The position numbers and the translations under genes were made by a program. Shown here piece after piece: positions 11,428 to 24,184 of a DNA stretch of 64,000 bases. Position 1 is the stretch's first letter. The number at the start of each line of letters is the position of its first letter. Origin of the DNA: Lama glama (taxonomy: Eukaryota). Where the stretch lies: contig CM052818.1 in the NCBI GenBank assembly GCA_028534125.1, positions 36,334,001-36,398,000 of the forward strand, given 5' to 3'. Under the pieces are notes generated by a model. It was not told the DNA's origin, searched no databases, and saw only the letters and a list, made by a program, of their open reading frames with translations.

Positions 11428-13021
11428 GACACTGAAGCCACGTAAAGGAGCACTCACTGGATAAACATGGACCTGGGAAATGGGACATCAAAGTAAATAA
11501 TGATACTAATGGATTATAACTCACTGAATAAATGACCAAAAACCCATGAGGAGTCCACACTATAAGATTTTTTAAAAAATCAGGAAAAGATGGACTTTTA
11601 AATAAATTCAACAGTCTTATGGAGTCACCATTACCAAGATAAATTTCAAATACATCCAAGATTTAAAATTTAAAAATTGAACTTGAGAGTGATGTCAGAA
11701 AAATGGCAGAATAGGCAGCTCCAAGCTCCTGTCCCCACAGAAACATTAAAAAACAAGCAGAAACTGTCCAACTTAGTTTGAACCCTGGAAAGCAGTCAAA
11801 GGTTTACAGCAATCAAGCAATGTTGAATCAAAAAAAAAAATACAACTTAAAAATAGCAGGCAAAACAAACCAACCCAAAAATGGGCAAAAGACTTGGAAC
11901 AGACATTTCTCCAAAGAAAATATATGAAGAGCCAATAAGCACATGAAAAAAGATGCTCAACATCACTATTTACAATGACATACCACTTTACACACATTTG
12001 AATTATTTAATAAAAAAAAAACAAGTGTTGACAGGGATGTGGGGAAATTAGAACCCTGGTATAATGCTGGTGGGAATGTAAAATGGCACAGCTGTTGTGA
12101 AAAAGAATTTGGGTGGCTGAGACATTATTTACAATAGCCAAGAGATGGAAACAATGAAGATGTCTATCAATAAATGAATGTGTAGACAAATGTGGTATCT
12201 ACATAAACAGAATATTTAGCCATAAAAGGGAATGAAATTTTGATACATACTACAACATGAATGAACCTTGAAAACATTAAGTGAAAATTATTGCCTAATG
12301 TGCACAGGGTTTCTGTTTGGGAAAATGAAAAAGTCTTGGAAATGGATAGTGGTTATGGCTGCACAACACTGTGAATATAATAAACACCACTGAATTGTAC
12401 AGTAAAAATTGGTTAAAATGGCAAATTTCATGTTTTATATATATACACATATACATGTATTTTATCGCAATAAAAAAACTTACACAAAGGCAAACTCGCT
12501 AATTATTAAAAGAAAACATGGTAAATGTCTCCATAACTGGAAGAGAGGACAACCTTCCTATAACTCAAATCCAGAACCAATAAGGGAAAAGACAGATACA
12601 TTTAATTATATAAGGGGAAAAAAAATTCAAACTTCCACAAAGTAAAAAGATAAATGACAAACCCCCAAAAAGTGAACTGGCATTACAAGTAAAACATTAG
12701 TATATAAAGAACTGATACAAAGAAAAAGGCCAGCAATCAATAAGCAACAAATATGAGCAGACTTCTCAGAAAGAGAAAAGCAAATGGCCTTAAAATATGT
12801 GAAAAGATGTCAGTCTCACTTATAATGAGAGAAGTGCAATTGAAACTATACTATGATCCCCATTTCTCACCAATCAGATTGGCAAAAATTCACAAGTCTT
12901 GCAAAACATTTTGTTGCTGAGAGTATGGGGAAACAGCCTTACACATTCTTGGTGGGAATGCAAAATGGTACATCTCCTAGAAAGGGAATTTGGCAATACT
13001 TAGGAAAGTTATATATGCATA

Positions 13022-13475
13022 TGACAAAAACTCTCTCCACCAAACTGCAGTCAGGTTCCTCTGAGGAATCTTCTCAAGGAGGTCTGAACTTGGGCTTCCA
13101 TTTCTGCCTTTGTAGAGCCCAATTTTAGCAAGAATCCTGTTAAGTAAGTTTAGCCAGAATCCCCTCACCCTTGATATCTAACCAAATTCCTCATTGCCCA
13201 CCATCCCTACAGATGACACTTGATCACACTGGCCTGCCTTCAGCAAGAACCCTGTAGGTCAGTTTAGCAAGAATGCCTCCTTGCCTTCAAAGTTTCTTAG
13301 TAATTTTCCATCCATTGACCCTTACCTTGTTTTTGGCTGTAAATCTCTACTTGTTCATGATATATTCAGGACTGAGTCCAGTTTCACACTGAAGTCTCTT
13401 TATCCTTATCGCATAGTTCTTGAGCAGAATCTGGTTTTACTACTTTACTGTCCAGTTCTGTTTTTTATTTTGATG
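13022..13475 (+). mobile_element. MER31-like ERV1 solo LTR inserted in an old L1
   Basis: Starts TGACAAAAACTCTCTCC and has repeated tttagcaagaatcc motifs typical of MER31; 4-bp TSD cata at 13018-13021 and 13476-13479. Confidence 0.78.
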
Positions 13476-14252
13476 CATATATCCAGAAATCCCAGTATCT
13501 AGACAATCTATCCCAATGGTATTTTGGCAAAAATATAAAAAGGTGAATGCACAAGATTATTCACTGCAGGATTATTTACAGCATTGACTGTTACAGCAAA
13601 TCCTACAAAAACCCCAACTGTCCATTAACAGGGATTTGTTGAACAAACTGGTAAATCCACACAGTGGAATGCAGCAGTAAAAAAGAATTTTTAATGGTTG
13701 CAATCAATAGGATATACTGTTAAGTGAAAAGAGCAAAATGAAGAAAATTATGTATAATATACTAGTGTTTATCTAAGAAAGAGGTAGACAAGAATATACG
13801 TTTGTTCATATTAGAAAAAAAATGAAAAAGTAAACCTTAAAAAATAAAATTAATAAGGTTACCTATAAGCTGGGAGAGAATGGACAGGGTGAAGAGGGGA
13901 AGGGTAGAAGCTGGATTTCTCTGAATATACCTTGTTTTTTAGATCAACTTTGGACCCATGTAAATACTTATAATACATAAAACATGCTAAGTTTTTAAAA
14001 AAGCAATCCTTAAAAACAAAGTTAAGATGAAACAAATTAATAAAACTGACAATCAAGTTGGTAGGAAAACCACTTGGAGACAAATTATTTAAAGTAATTT
14101 TAAACATAGTAATTTTACTGTATATTCTAGTGGGATGAACCCAATGAGGAAAAACAGTTTCTAGTAATCATACTATCAGCAATAATATATTAGTATTGTT
14201 TTAATATATTAGTATTAGTATTATTTTAATGAAGCTATGGTATAAAGATGAA

Positions 14253-14445
14253 GCAGCGGGTCTCAACCAGGAGGCAACTGTGACCCTCAGAAGACATTTG
14301 GGAACAGCTTGGAGGAAATTCTGGTTGTCACAACTGGGGTGGAGGATGCTGCTAGTATCTAGTAGATGAGGTCAGGGAAGCAAAGGACAGCCCCCACAAG
14401 AAGGTATTGCCCAAAATGTCAATAGTGCTGAAGCCGAAAAACCTT
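14253..14445 (+). mobile_element. MER20
   Basis: cagcgggtctcaacc...gacatttgg...ggttgtcacaactgggg...cccaaaatgtcaatagtgctg. Confidence 0.78.
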
Positions 14446-14564
14446 GAGATAAAGAAGTAACTATGATCTGTCCCCCCAAACCAAGATTTTCTTCAGAGTA
14501 AGAGTTAGAGTTAGAAACATAAAAATTAAAGAAACCAAGTTAAAATTCTGTAATCCTAAATTTT

Positions 14565-14699
14565 ATTTTATTTTTTTAATTTTTTGAGGGAGGAAGTAAT
14601 TAGGTTTTATTTATTTTATTAATGGAGGTACTGGGGATTGAACCCAGTACCTTGTGCATGCTATGCACGCGCTCCACCACTGAACTATACCTCCGCTCC
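14565..14699 (-). mobile_element. Camelid tRNA-Ala SINE (Vic-1-like)
   Basis: Reverse complement of the tRNA-Ala head with A/B boxes; perfect 13-bp TSD aatcctaaatttt at 14552-14564 and 14700-14712. Confidence 0.9.
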
Positions 14700-16367
14700 A
14701 ATCCTAAATTTTCAATTGGAAACATCAGTATGAACTTATGCTGTTGAGAAAATACATAGTAGCTCTGTCCAATGAAAAGCCAAAAAAGTAGTAACAACAC
14801 CTAGTACCTCAATTTGTTGTCTCCAAATACCATTTCCCACCAAAAGGAATCAAAGTTTCTTAGAGAAATGGATGACTCCAGGTCTGGGGCAGGAAATGTG
14901 TACTTACGCCTTGTATTGACATTTTGGATTAGTGTGAAAACGATTCAAGAGTCAATTTGAAGTCTCAAAAAAGGAAAAACAACTATGTGAATTGAAACAC
15001 ATCAAATACAAGCTCATACTGATACTCATTAAAACAAACTCAATTCACTGGTCATCTTCCCAGTGAAAACTAGCAAATAAGAGATAGAATCAAGTATTCA
15101 TCCTGCCTTTCCTATATGAACCCAGAGTAAGAATTAATAAAAGAAGTTTCCTTTGCAAATGAATTCAGTTAAACAAAGGATTACAGAATTAGAGTATTCC
15201 CAATTTGCAATCCCTAATGCAAACTGATCTAGGCAATGATACCAATGGCTGCTAGCATCACGAAAAGAAACCAGACATAAATACATGCCTCAGCATGAAA
15301 GCCCAAACCAAGTGTGAAGAATTCTTTCCAAAAATGTGAATCTAACTCCATTCAAGCCTCTAGATCTAACCATTAGATTACAGGAAATATAGGGCACAGA
15401 GGAACATGAACAGATGACATCACAGGGATGCAATCAACAAAACCCAGAACGTGGAAATTCTTCAAGAGAAATGTTCCATATTCTTCAACATATATATTAC
15501 CAGGGAGAAAAAATAAGTAGATATAATCTTTTAAAATATTCAAGAGATATATCAACTAATTAAAATATATGGGCCATATTTAGATTATCATTTAAAAAAA
15601 CTAATTGGGAAAAAAGCTATGAAAGAATCAGGAACATGTGAACATTGACTAGATATTTAATGATATGTTGAGTAATTGTTAATTTTAAAGATGCGACAAT
15701 GGGATTGTAGTTATAATCTTTTTAAAGTACTTATTTTAGCTACATACTGAAATATCTAGATGAATTTCCATAACTAGAATTTGCTTAAAAATAATCAAGT
15801 GTAGTGGGGAGTGGAAGGACTATAAATAAAAAACAAAATGGCTTTGACTTGATAATTACTGAACCTGGGTAATAGTATACATGAGAGTTTATTATTCTCT
15901 ACATTTTCATGTTTGAAATTTTTCATAATAAAAATTGAGATAAAAAAGCGATCCTAAAAACATACACATGTAGAGTCCTACAATGTCATTTCATTACCGT
16001 CTTAATAAGCCAGTACTTTTGTTCTAGCAGTACACTGCTCAGTAATCCAAGAATGGCAGTACTTCCAAAGATTTGTATCCTCAGTGAAAAATGTGCTTCT
16101 TACTCCCTAAATTACAAATGTGAAGTGATGAAAAGTACTATGAACTCATACTTAAAGAGACAAACATGAGAATTAGATTTATCCTGTTTAGGACAAAGAA
16201 ATTTGTAAAAGAGACAACCAAAAGAGCTCCATAAGACGTTTGACTCATGGCTTGAAGGCAATGTGGGCACAGAGAGAAATTCTAGCAGTGCATAGATGTG
16301 GTACGTGAAGTCAAACACAGACAATAGTTATAAACTGTCTATTGTACAATTAAAGTTATCAGCTGTC

Positions 16368-16500
16368 TAGGGGGGAGACGATAGCTCAAATTGTAAAGCG
16401 CATGCTTAGCATGTATGAGGTCCTGGGTTCAAACCTCAGTACCTCTTCTAAACAATAAATAAGCCTAATTACCTTCCCCCGGGGAAAAAAAAAAAACAAC
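16368..16500 (+). mobile_element. Camelid tRNA-Ala SINE (Vic-1-like)
   Basis: tRNA-like head, cctaattacc body, A tail; 19-bp TSD attaaagtta(t/c)cagctgtc at 16349-16367 and 16501-16519. Confidence 0.9.
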
Positions 16501-19500
16501 ATTAAAGTTACCAGCTGTCAAAACTGAAGTTAGGAAAAATCAGGTCTGTTCTATATAACCTGGAATGTCTGGTTATTTAAGGAAAACATAAACAAACTGA
16601 TTATGGAGATAAAGGAAAAAAAAATCCAGACTTTTTAACGTTTTAAAATTAAGTAAGTTTTAAAAAATTCAGAGTGCAATGTTTTAGTAAATGTATGTAG
16701 TTATAATTCATGACTAGACTTTTAAAAGTGACCCAAAACCAGATTATAATTATTTCTTATATGTGCTTAAAAGACAAATAGTTAAGAAAATATTACTGTT
16801 AGGTCACAATAGGTTGTTTATGATAATGAAGGTCCCAGAGTCTACTCTATAGATTTGAAACTAAAGCAAAACACTTTACTGAAAAGAAGACATAATCAAG
16901 CTAGACATTTCCACAAAGCATTAAAAATATTTCAACTCTCAGATAGACCTATAGCAAATACAGAAAATATCAAATATAGAAAATATTGAATGTTTCTTAA
17001 ATTTGTATATAAAAAGCAAATACCTCTATTTAAAAATGTAAGTTTTATCTAATTACCTCCCAAAATAAAAATGAATAAATAAATAAAAATGTAAGTTTTA
17101 GGTATATTTAAATAGAAGGTAGCCCTGCTTAGTAATAGCCACTGAAGATCCACCAGACCCATTCCAAAGTAGTGAGAGCCAGAAAATGGGTACTATGAGC
17201 AGTAGCATACTGCTCCCATTAAGGTCTCCAAGGTATCTGGAGGTGAATTTAATAGGGGTAACTGAGGATTCAGCAGCAGCCTTTCACCAGACAACATCAG
17301 TCAGAATGATCTTAGATCCTCACTTCCACTCCAGTTTCCCACTGCTAATGGAACCGGGCTCATAACCACAGTCAATTTGGCTGGAGCACTGATTCCCATT
17401 TAGCCTCTGTTTTGCTAGGAATGAAAGCAGGATAGTGGAGTCAGCTCTGGAAAATACCATTGAAAACTGTTTTAAATGCCTCTATTGTTTTCATTATGAA
17501 CTGAATATAAACTGATAGTGAATGTTTTTCTTAGCCTTTTCATAACAAAATTGTGAGCAATTCTGAGAGGCAAGGGGAAACTGAAAGGAAGGCAAAAGGA
17601 AGAAATGCAATGAGGCAGAGGAGTGAGTACCCAACATAAAGGGCACCTGCAATGGCACCCCCAACAAGAGCTTCATGCTCTACCTTTTAGCTAGAGGGTA
17701 AGGGAAGAGTCACTAAAGCCACAGTATCCAAGGGGATGGCATCCAACCATCAATGCAAACTGGATGGCTCTATTGTCTCAAGAAGGCATTTTGTATTTCT
17801 AACTCTTAATGTATCACTCTTCAAAATCATTCCCTAGATTTAAAAATGAAAACAGGCCATTATTTCATCCGAAGAATCTTAGTCAATATTTATTAAATGT
17901 AAGGCACTGGATTAGGCATTAGATTTACAAAGTAAGAAATCATATAAGCGGGAAGATATTTTTTATAATCTCTAAAGTGTATATCATCTTAAATGGGTTA
18001 TGTGACTAAATAAACTATATACTTTAAAAACACAGCCATTAAAAATGACTTAAATGTAAAATACAGCATTGTCAATGTTCTTTTGAGTTTGCAACTGTTT
18101 ATTACTTTAAATAGACAAACATAATTATACCATCTCTGGGCCAAGGATGAATCTGAGGTCTAAATGGAAAAAAATAGTGTACACTTTTATTTATGGCGTT
18201 GGAAAAACTGACCTAAAACCATTAAAAGGATGTGAGAAGGAAAAGCGGGTAAGCATAAGAGAGCTAAAACAGTTATCTATCCTGATAGCAATATAAAATG
18301 TAATGTTCAAGATCAGTAACTCAAAATATACACACTGTTTAGAAATATGGCTATAAATTACAGAAGAAATAGCTATGAGTTCAAAGTAGTTGTCTTTAGG
18401 GAAAGGAAGTGGGAGCATTTTGAGTTTTAAGTCTTCTAACACTACGTATTTGTCTTTTAAACTATGTGAATATATTACTCTGATGAACAATTTTAAAAAA
18501 CAGAAAACAAACTCAAAACATATTTAGAAAGCCAGAATTTCATGGTTTTTCTCCTAAGACCTTGTCCTTCAAATCTTATTTCCAAAACTAGTTGCTTCAC
18601 TTAAAAAACTGCATTCCTTTCAAACATATACAAAAGAATAAAAAAAAATATAAACAGCCACCTCAACCATTCAGATTTCAAAAGTTTCTATTTTGACTTG
18701 TTTCCTTCTTTTATACTAAAGGAAAGCATTATACACTTAAATATTGTTTCATTTAAAAATACTTAGTACATGGTATGTCTTAAACATGTGCATCTTAGTG
18801 CACATTAATTATACCTAAATAAAGTTGCTTAATATATTAAAATGTATATTTATTCAGCACACACTATATACTATATATACTATTTATCTATATATACTAT
18901 ATATACTATTCTAGGTGCTTGGGATACGTACTGAACAAAACAGACAAAAATCCCAGCCCTTCTGGACATTACATTCTGGTAGTGCTGTTTGCTTTTCACT
19001 TGACAGCTTTCCAACAGTATTTTCAACTACTCTAAAATAATCCCTTAGTTTAGATATGATCTTAACTGTCTCATAAACATAACATGTTCATTTCACTTCT
19101 TTGTCCACATTGTCTCCATCCTTCTAGGCATCTGAACCTTAGTGATCCTTTAAGTCCCAGCTCAAGATCTACTGTAAAGGTGAAGTATTAAATTCCTATT
19201 AATATTCCTCTCCTAAAGCATTTAGATTTTTGGCATTTAAATCATACTGTCTGATATTATTTACTATTGTTTCTTTTAGTTCTCTCTACTGGATCCAAGA
19301 TCCTTGAGCACAATTTTCATGACTTAAACATTTCCTGTTCCTTCCAGGGTGCTGAGCAAGTGCAAAGCAAGGAGCAGCCATCTTTAAAGTACTTCACTAT
19401 GTTTCCCTTAATAGGTGACTATTCTCTAGCAAATCGCTAATATATTTCATTACTTCAGAGTTATAAACTACTATAAATTGTTTTTATTTGTTTCATGACA

Positions 19501-20029
19501 GCAGGAGAATACAGAACAGACCTTGGATTCAAAGTGACCTGTAATGCCATACTGCCTACATAATATCTGAGCTGGGTGATTTACATGTTAACTTCTCTAA
19601 GTCACAGCTGCCTAACTTCTAACTTGGAGATAATCCTCCTCCTAAGGCTGTTTTGAGAACTGAAAGAAATACTGAGAATAAACTAATATTTTGCTCCTTT
19701 CTCTTTTCCCAGCCCCTGGTCACAAACTCTGGTACAAGGATTTATGGTAAGAAACACCTTCAGACTGTCTTAAAACTTTTAATTTTGATATGGCTAAGAA
19801 ATTTTACTTTTAATTTCATTAATTAAACTTAAAAAAAAATCTGTATACTTAATAAACCTCCTACCACTGTGTGCAAGGCACTGCTTCAGAACTAATGACA
19901 GAAGGAACAGAAGGGTCAATAGGACAGATCCAGTATCTACTATCAAGGAGTTTATAGACTAACAAGGAAAAAAACATACTGAATTACTAATTGCAAACAT
20001 GGCATAGAATTATGAAGTAAAAACTGATT

Positions 20030-20203
20030 ATAAACAAGTTTCTACTATATAACACAGGGAACTATATTCAATATCTTGTAACCTATAATGAAAAAGAAAT
20101 GAAAAGGAATATATGTATGTAAATGGTGACTGAAACATGCTGTACACAAGAAATTGATGCAACATTATGAACTGACTATACTTCAATAAAAGCAAAACAA
20201 AAA
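20030..20203 (+). mobile_element. Lineage-specific L1 3' end
   Basis: acacagggaactatattcaatatcttgtaa...ctgactatacttcaataaaa, the same family as the 9501-9724 copy. Confidence 0.8.
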
Positions 20204-23200
20204 TCTTATAAGTAATCTGTAAGATTAAGTATTTCAAAAATAAATTGCTCTATTATATTATTTTTTAAAAAACCTGATTCTATAATGGACATAGAGTCAC
20301 TATTATTATAGGTATTTTCTATCATAAATTAGTAATATGTAAATGAACCATGTAAAATTCCTCTATATCAACTGAGTGAGCTTCTACAATCATCATAATC
20401 GTGTGAAACGAATGAACCGATGTACTGAACTGTATGTAGAGAAAAAAAAGAAACCATCTGACAAATATCTAAGTTACCAGCATGAAGCTGGGCATCAGAA
20501 TGGACAAACGAACAGAATTTCCTTCATTTTGCTTCAGTTTACTTCCAATTAATACCATTACCACCTTACATTTGTGTTGTGTATCAGTTTACTAAACACC
20601 TTCCCAAATACTATCCCACTTAACCCAACAACTGCAGTAATAAAATCAGTCGGGAACATATCCACTAAAAGGAAAACCCAGGCAAAATAGATTTAGACTA
20701 CTAAGAAATGTATTCTTTCTAATGTACACATCAGAATTCGAAAAAAACTTGCATATTACAAATTTTACTTAATTTTTTCTCCCTTTCAATTTTCTTAGGT
20801 AGAATCATTACAGTTCAACTGCACATACACATTATATTGCACGTAAATACATACATAGACAGTACACTGCACTTTTTTAAGTTTACATATATGTACTAAT
20901 TATTGTTTCTAATAACAGATTAGATCTTTAGCTTTTTAAACTTACATAGTTACAAAGGAATAAAACCACCTACAAAATAAAAATCAACAGAATGCAGTAA
21001 TCCAATCATAAAGGACAGTCTAATGTGCTTACACATATTCAAGACATCAAAATATTATTTTTATAAACATTTACTATAGACTACTTATTTTTAAACAGAT
21101 TATGGATTTATATCAAGTTTTATACCACTAGACATGTTATATTTACATAGAAGCTTTAGTTTCTGCCTAAGGACAAAGCCATCCGACACAAGGGAAGAGA
21201 AACCAATGGATCACCTTTCAGTTACATCTTCTATGGAACAGGATTAGACCTCCATGAGCAAACTATGGTAGCATTAGAATCAAACACTTTAAAACGCAGT
21301 TTACTTGCATATTTTGTGAATTCTAGTTTATTAAGTACATAATAAAAAAATGAAATCTTTTGGGAAGTTTCAGCTTAGCTCTAATCACAGTAATCAAAAA
21401 ACACAATTTTGTTGTCTTCTAGAGAAAAACTGTTTATGAGGGAGTTGTATGCTCCCAAGTACCAAAGTGACAGTGAGAAAGGTAATTTTTTAAATGAGAA
21501 AATCCTAGGAGAAAGGTGGTGAAACTTCTCAAGGTTACTCAGTTAGCCTCCCTTTGACACTAAGACATTCTCATTCTGAGGCTCCATTCTAAAATGTTAT
21601 TTATCTTGAAAAAATCCATTTAAAATACAATCTCCTTCAGAAAATCTTCCACAGTTCCTCCAAAAGACGTGAATATAGAATTACTAACCCAGCAAGAAGA
21701 GATCAGTTAGGTACTTTTAGAATTTGCCCTGCTTTCACAGCCACAAATGCAGCCCCACTATCAATTCTTAGATGGTTTCCCCATACCCACTCTTGTCCCC
21801 ATCCAATTCAGTTTCTACACAGGAGTCAGGGTGAACTTTAAGATACAAATTTGATTGTGGGACTTTCTTGCTTAAAACCCTTCAATGACCTCCCATTGCT
21901 TTTCATTCTGAAAATAACTGTATTATTTTACAGTTGTTCAGCAAAGTTCCTGGGTTGCTGTGACCAACACAGAACCACAGGACAAAGGATTAGAGCAGAT
22001 CAGTCAGTCCACCAGTTTTCCATTGCTCTTCAAATACTAATCCTTTGGATAACATTACAGCAGGGTTCACTGCATTTGGGTGGTTTGAAAATTTCCCTAT
22101 AAAAGTTAAAAAAAAAAAAAGGCCCCAAATCCTTAACACTGCTTAAAAGGCCCCACATCATCTCTCTGGCTCTAACCACAGCTCCCTTTTGCTTTCTACA
22201 TTCAATCCAACTGTTTTGAACTTCAGTTCCCCAAATCTTCCCAAGCCTCTGTGGAACAGATTTCCTTTGCCCTCCACCTTTGGGAGTCACCTTCACATAA
22301 TTTCTAATTACCCATAATAACTCAGCTCCAAGATTACTCTCCTAGGAAAATCTTAACTGATTTCTCCAGCTGGGATATGTACCCTGGTTACATGCTCTCA
22401 CATCACCCTATATTCTTCCTTTTTAGCTTCTCTCTAGGTTAACTGGCGTTTACTTGTGTGATTGTTTAATGTTTCCTCCAATGACAATGCAAAGTCCTTA
22501 AAGGCAAAACCTGTAATGATCACCAACATACTGTCAGCACTTTATACAATAAGTACTAAAAACATAAGAATGATAAACTAAGTAATTAACATTGAATATT
22601 AAGTAATGTGTATAATTACCACGTGCAGGGGCAGAGTCAACAGTAGTAGTTTTTGTTAATACTGTATTCTGCCTTGCATCAATTGTGTGCTTAATCACTC
22701 CCCTCCATCCTGCGCACAATTCTTACTCATTTTTGGATTCCACCAGTGCCTCGCTCTAACTTCAGTGTTACACATTAGTCCTCAATATTCATTGGATTTA
22801 ACTGCTTTTAATCAACGTGACTTTCAGTATATTTAGACAGAAGACACAACATCAACTTTTAAAGTTTTTCCCATTAAAACTGAAGTATTATTAAAAACCT
22901 TATAAACAGTCCAAAAACACATTGGGCCACGACTACGAAATACGGAACCTGGTTTTCACGTCGCTTATACAACCTGTCATACAATTCCACGTTGACATAT
23001 ATAGATTGTCAATTTCCTATTTTTTCCCGTCTTTTATTTTCAATGATCCCAAATTAAGTACTAAGGAACCAACGCTGGATGCCATACTAACGTTGTTATT
23101 GCTGACTGACAAGTAATACTCTGCAAACAGCAAGAGAAACGCACACACAGAAAAAAGAAATGAAACATGAAAACAGCGAGCATCAAGCCTACAAAATAAA

Positions 23201-23289
23201 AATCAGTTGCAGGAGCCGTTACCTAAGAAATGGCCACCCCAAACAGACGTGCTCTGCATTTCTGTACTGTGCTTTTGCAGGGTTCGCCT

Positions 23290-24000
23290 TTGGAAATGCG
23301 GCATTTTGAGAACAGAGAACTCGAAGTTTCTGAGCGCCCGCAGCGAGAGAAAACCAGTCGCTGCGCTTCCCCGGCGTCCCAGCTCAGGAACGCTGCGCAG
23401 CCCGCAGGCCGAGCCGCGCCGCACCTGGGCTGGCGGCAGTCCCCCGGCCGCCGCCCGACCGCGCCCTTTCGGGGTCGCGGACACGGGCTCCGAAACCGAG
23501 ACAACACAGGGCGCGGCAGCTCGGCGGGACCCAACGACTCCCACCGCCCCGCCCGGGAAGCGCCCGCCCACGGCCGGCCCGGCCCCTCACCGCGCCGAAC
23601 GCCGCGCGGCGCCGGGAAACTCACCGCCGGGCGCGGCCGCTGGAGGGGGCCGCGCCGCGCCGTCGCCTCGCGGCCTCGTCCTCAAATCGCTCGGGGGCCG
23701 CGGGCGCCGCCGCCGGGCTGGAGCCCCTCAGACGAGAAGCACTGCCGCACCACAGTCTCAGGCTCGGCGGCCGAGCCACTGGGACCCGGCCCGCCTCCCT
23801 CTGTCACCGCTGCCTGGCGCCGAGCGCGCGCCGAGGCCGGCTTTGCGCAGACCCGAGAGCGCGCGCGGGGACGCGCCGGCGCGCGCGGGGGCGGGGCTGG
23901 CGGCGCCGGCCGCCTCAGGCCTGGGCCCTACCCGAGCTAATGGCGGCCGCCGCCTCCCTGGAGCGGGTGCAGCTGCAGGCTGTCTCTCAACCCTGCGCGG
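23290..24000. promoter_or_regulatory. CpG island promoter of UBXN2A
   Basis: Very GC- and CpG-rich block in AT-rich surroundings. GC box GGGGCGGGG near 23888-23896 and YY1-like AATGGCGGC at 23939-23947. Confidence 0.88.
23625..23900 (-). other. UBXN2A: Probable UBXN2A non-coding exon 1 (5' UTR); TSS position approximate
   Basis: Minus-strand donor GCG|GTGAGT at 23624-23619 inside the CpG island, with a weaker alternative GCG|GTGAGG at 23590. The downstream ATG exon has an acceptor, so an upstream exon is required. Confidence 0.7.
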
Positions 24001-24184
24001 AAAATGCAGGGAGCCAGGGGTGGGCTCACCTGAGAACCCAGCATCAACTTACTTCTTTGCCTCCTCAGCTTCTTATTGAATCCGTGGAGAGATTTCCCTG
24101 CATTCGGACCGTGTTGAACTTTACCTGAGACCTGTGGTTGTGGAAAGTGACGGTTAAAGAAACCCCCGCACCCTGTCGTGTTAC

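Larger units (their letters stand above)
10500..15940 (+). mobile_element. Mosaic of old L1M (L1MB/MC/ME-like) fragments hosting the retrocopy, the MER31-like LTR, MER20 and a SINE
   Basis: Recurrent L1 ORF2-end and 3' UTR motifs (aatgggcaaaagacttg, gtgggaatgtaaaatgg, ggctgattccagggctggggc). Confidence 0.7.

Noticed and set aside
17115..17790. Moderately GC-rich block in UBXN2A intron 1 that might be a pseudogene
   Set aside because: No recognisable translation, tail or TSD; more likely a very old LINE remnant. It cannot be assigned without a search.
23203..24128. Long overlapping ORFs (up to 290 aa) on both strands
   Set aside because: They sit in the GC-rich UBXN2A CpG island, where stop codons are rare; the translations are low-complexity A/R/P/G with no recognisable domain.
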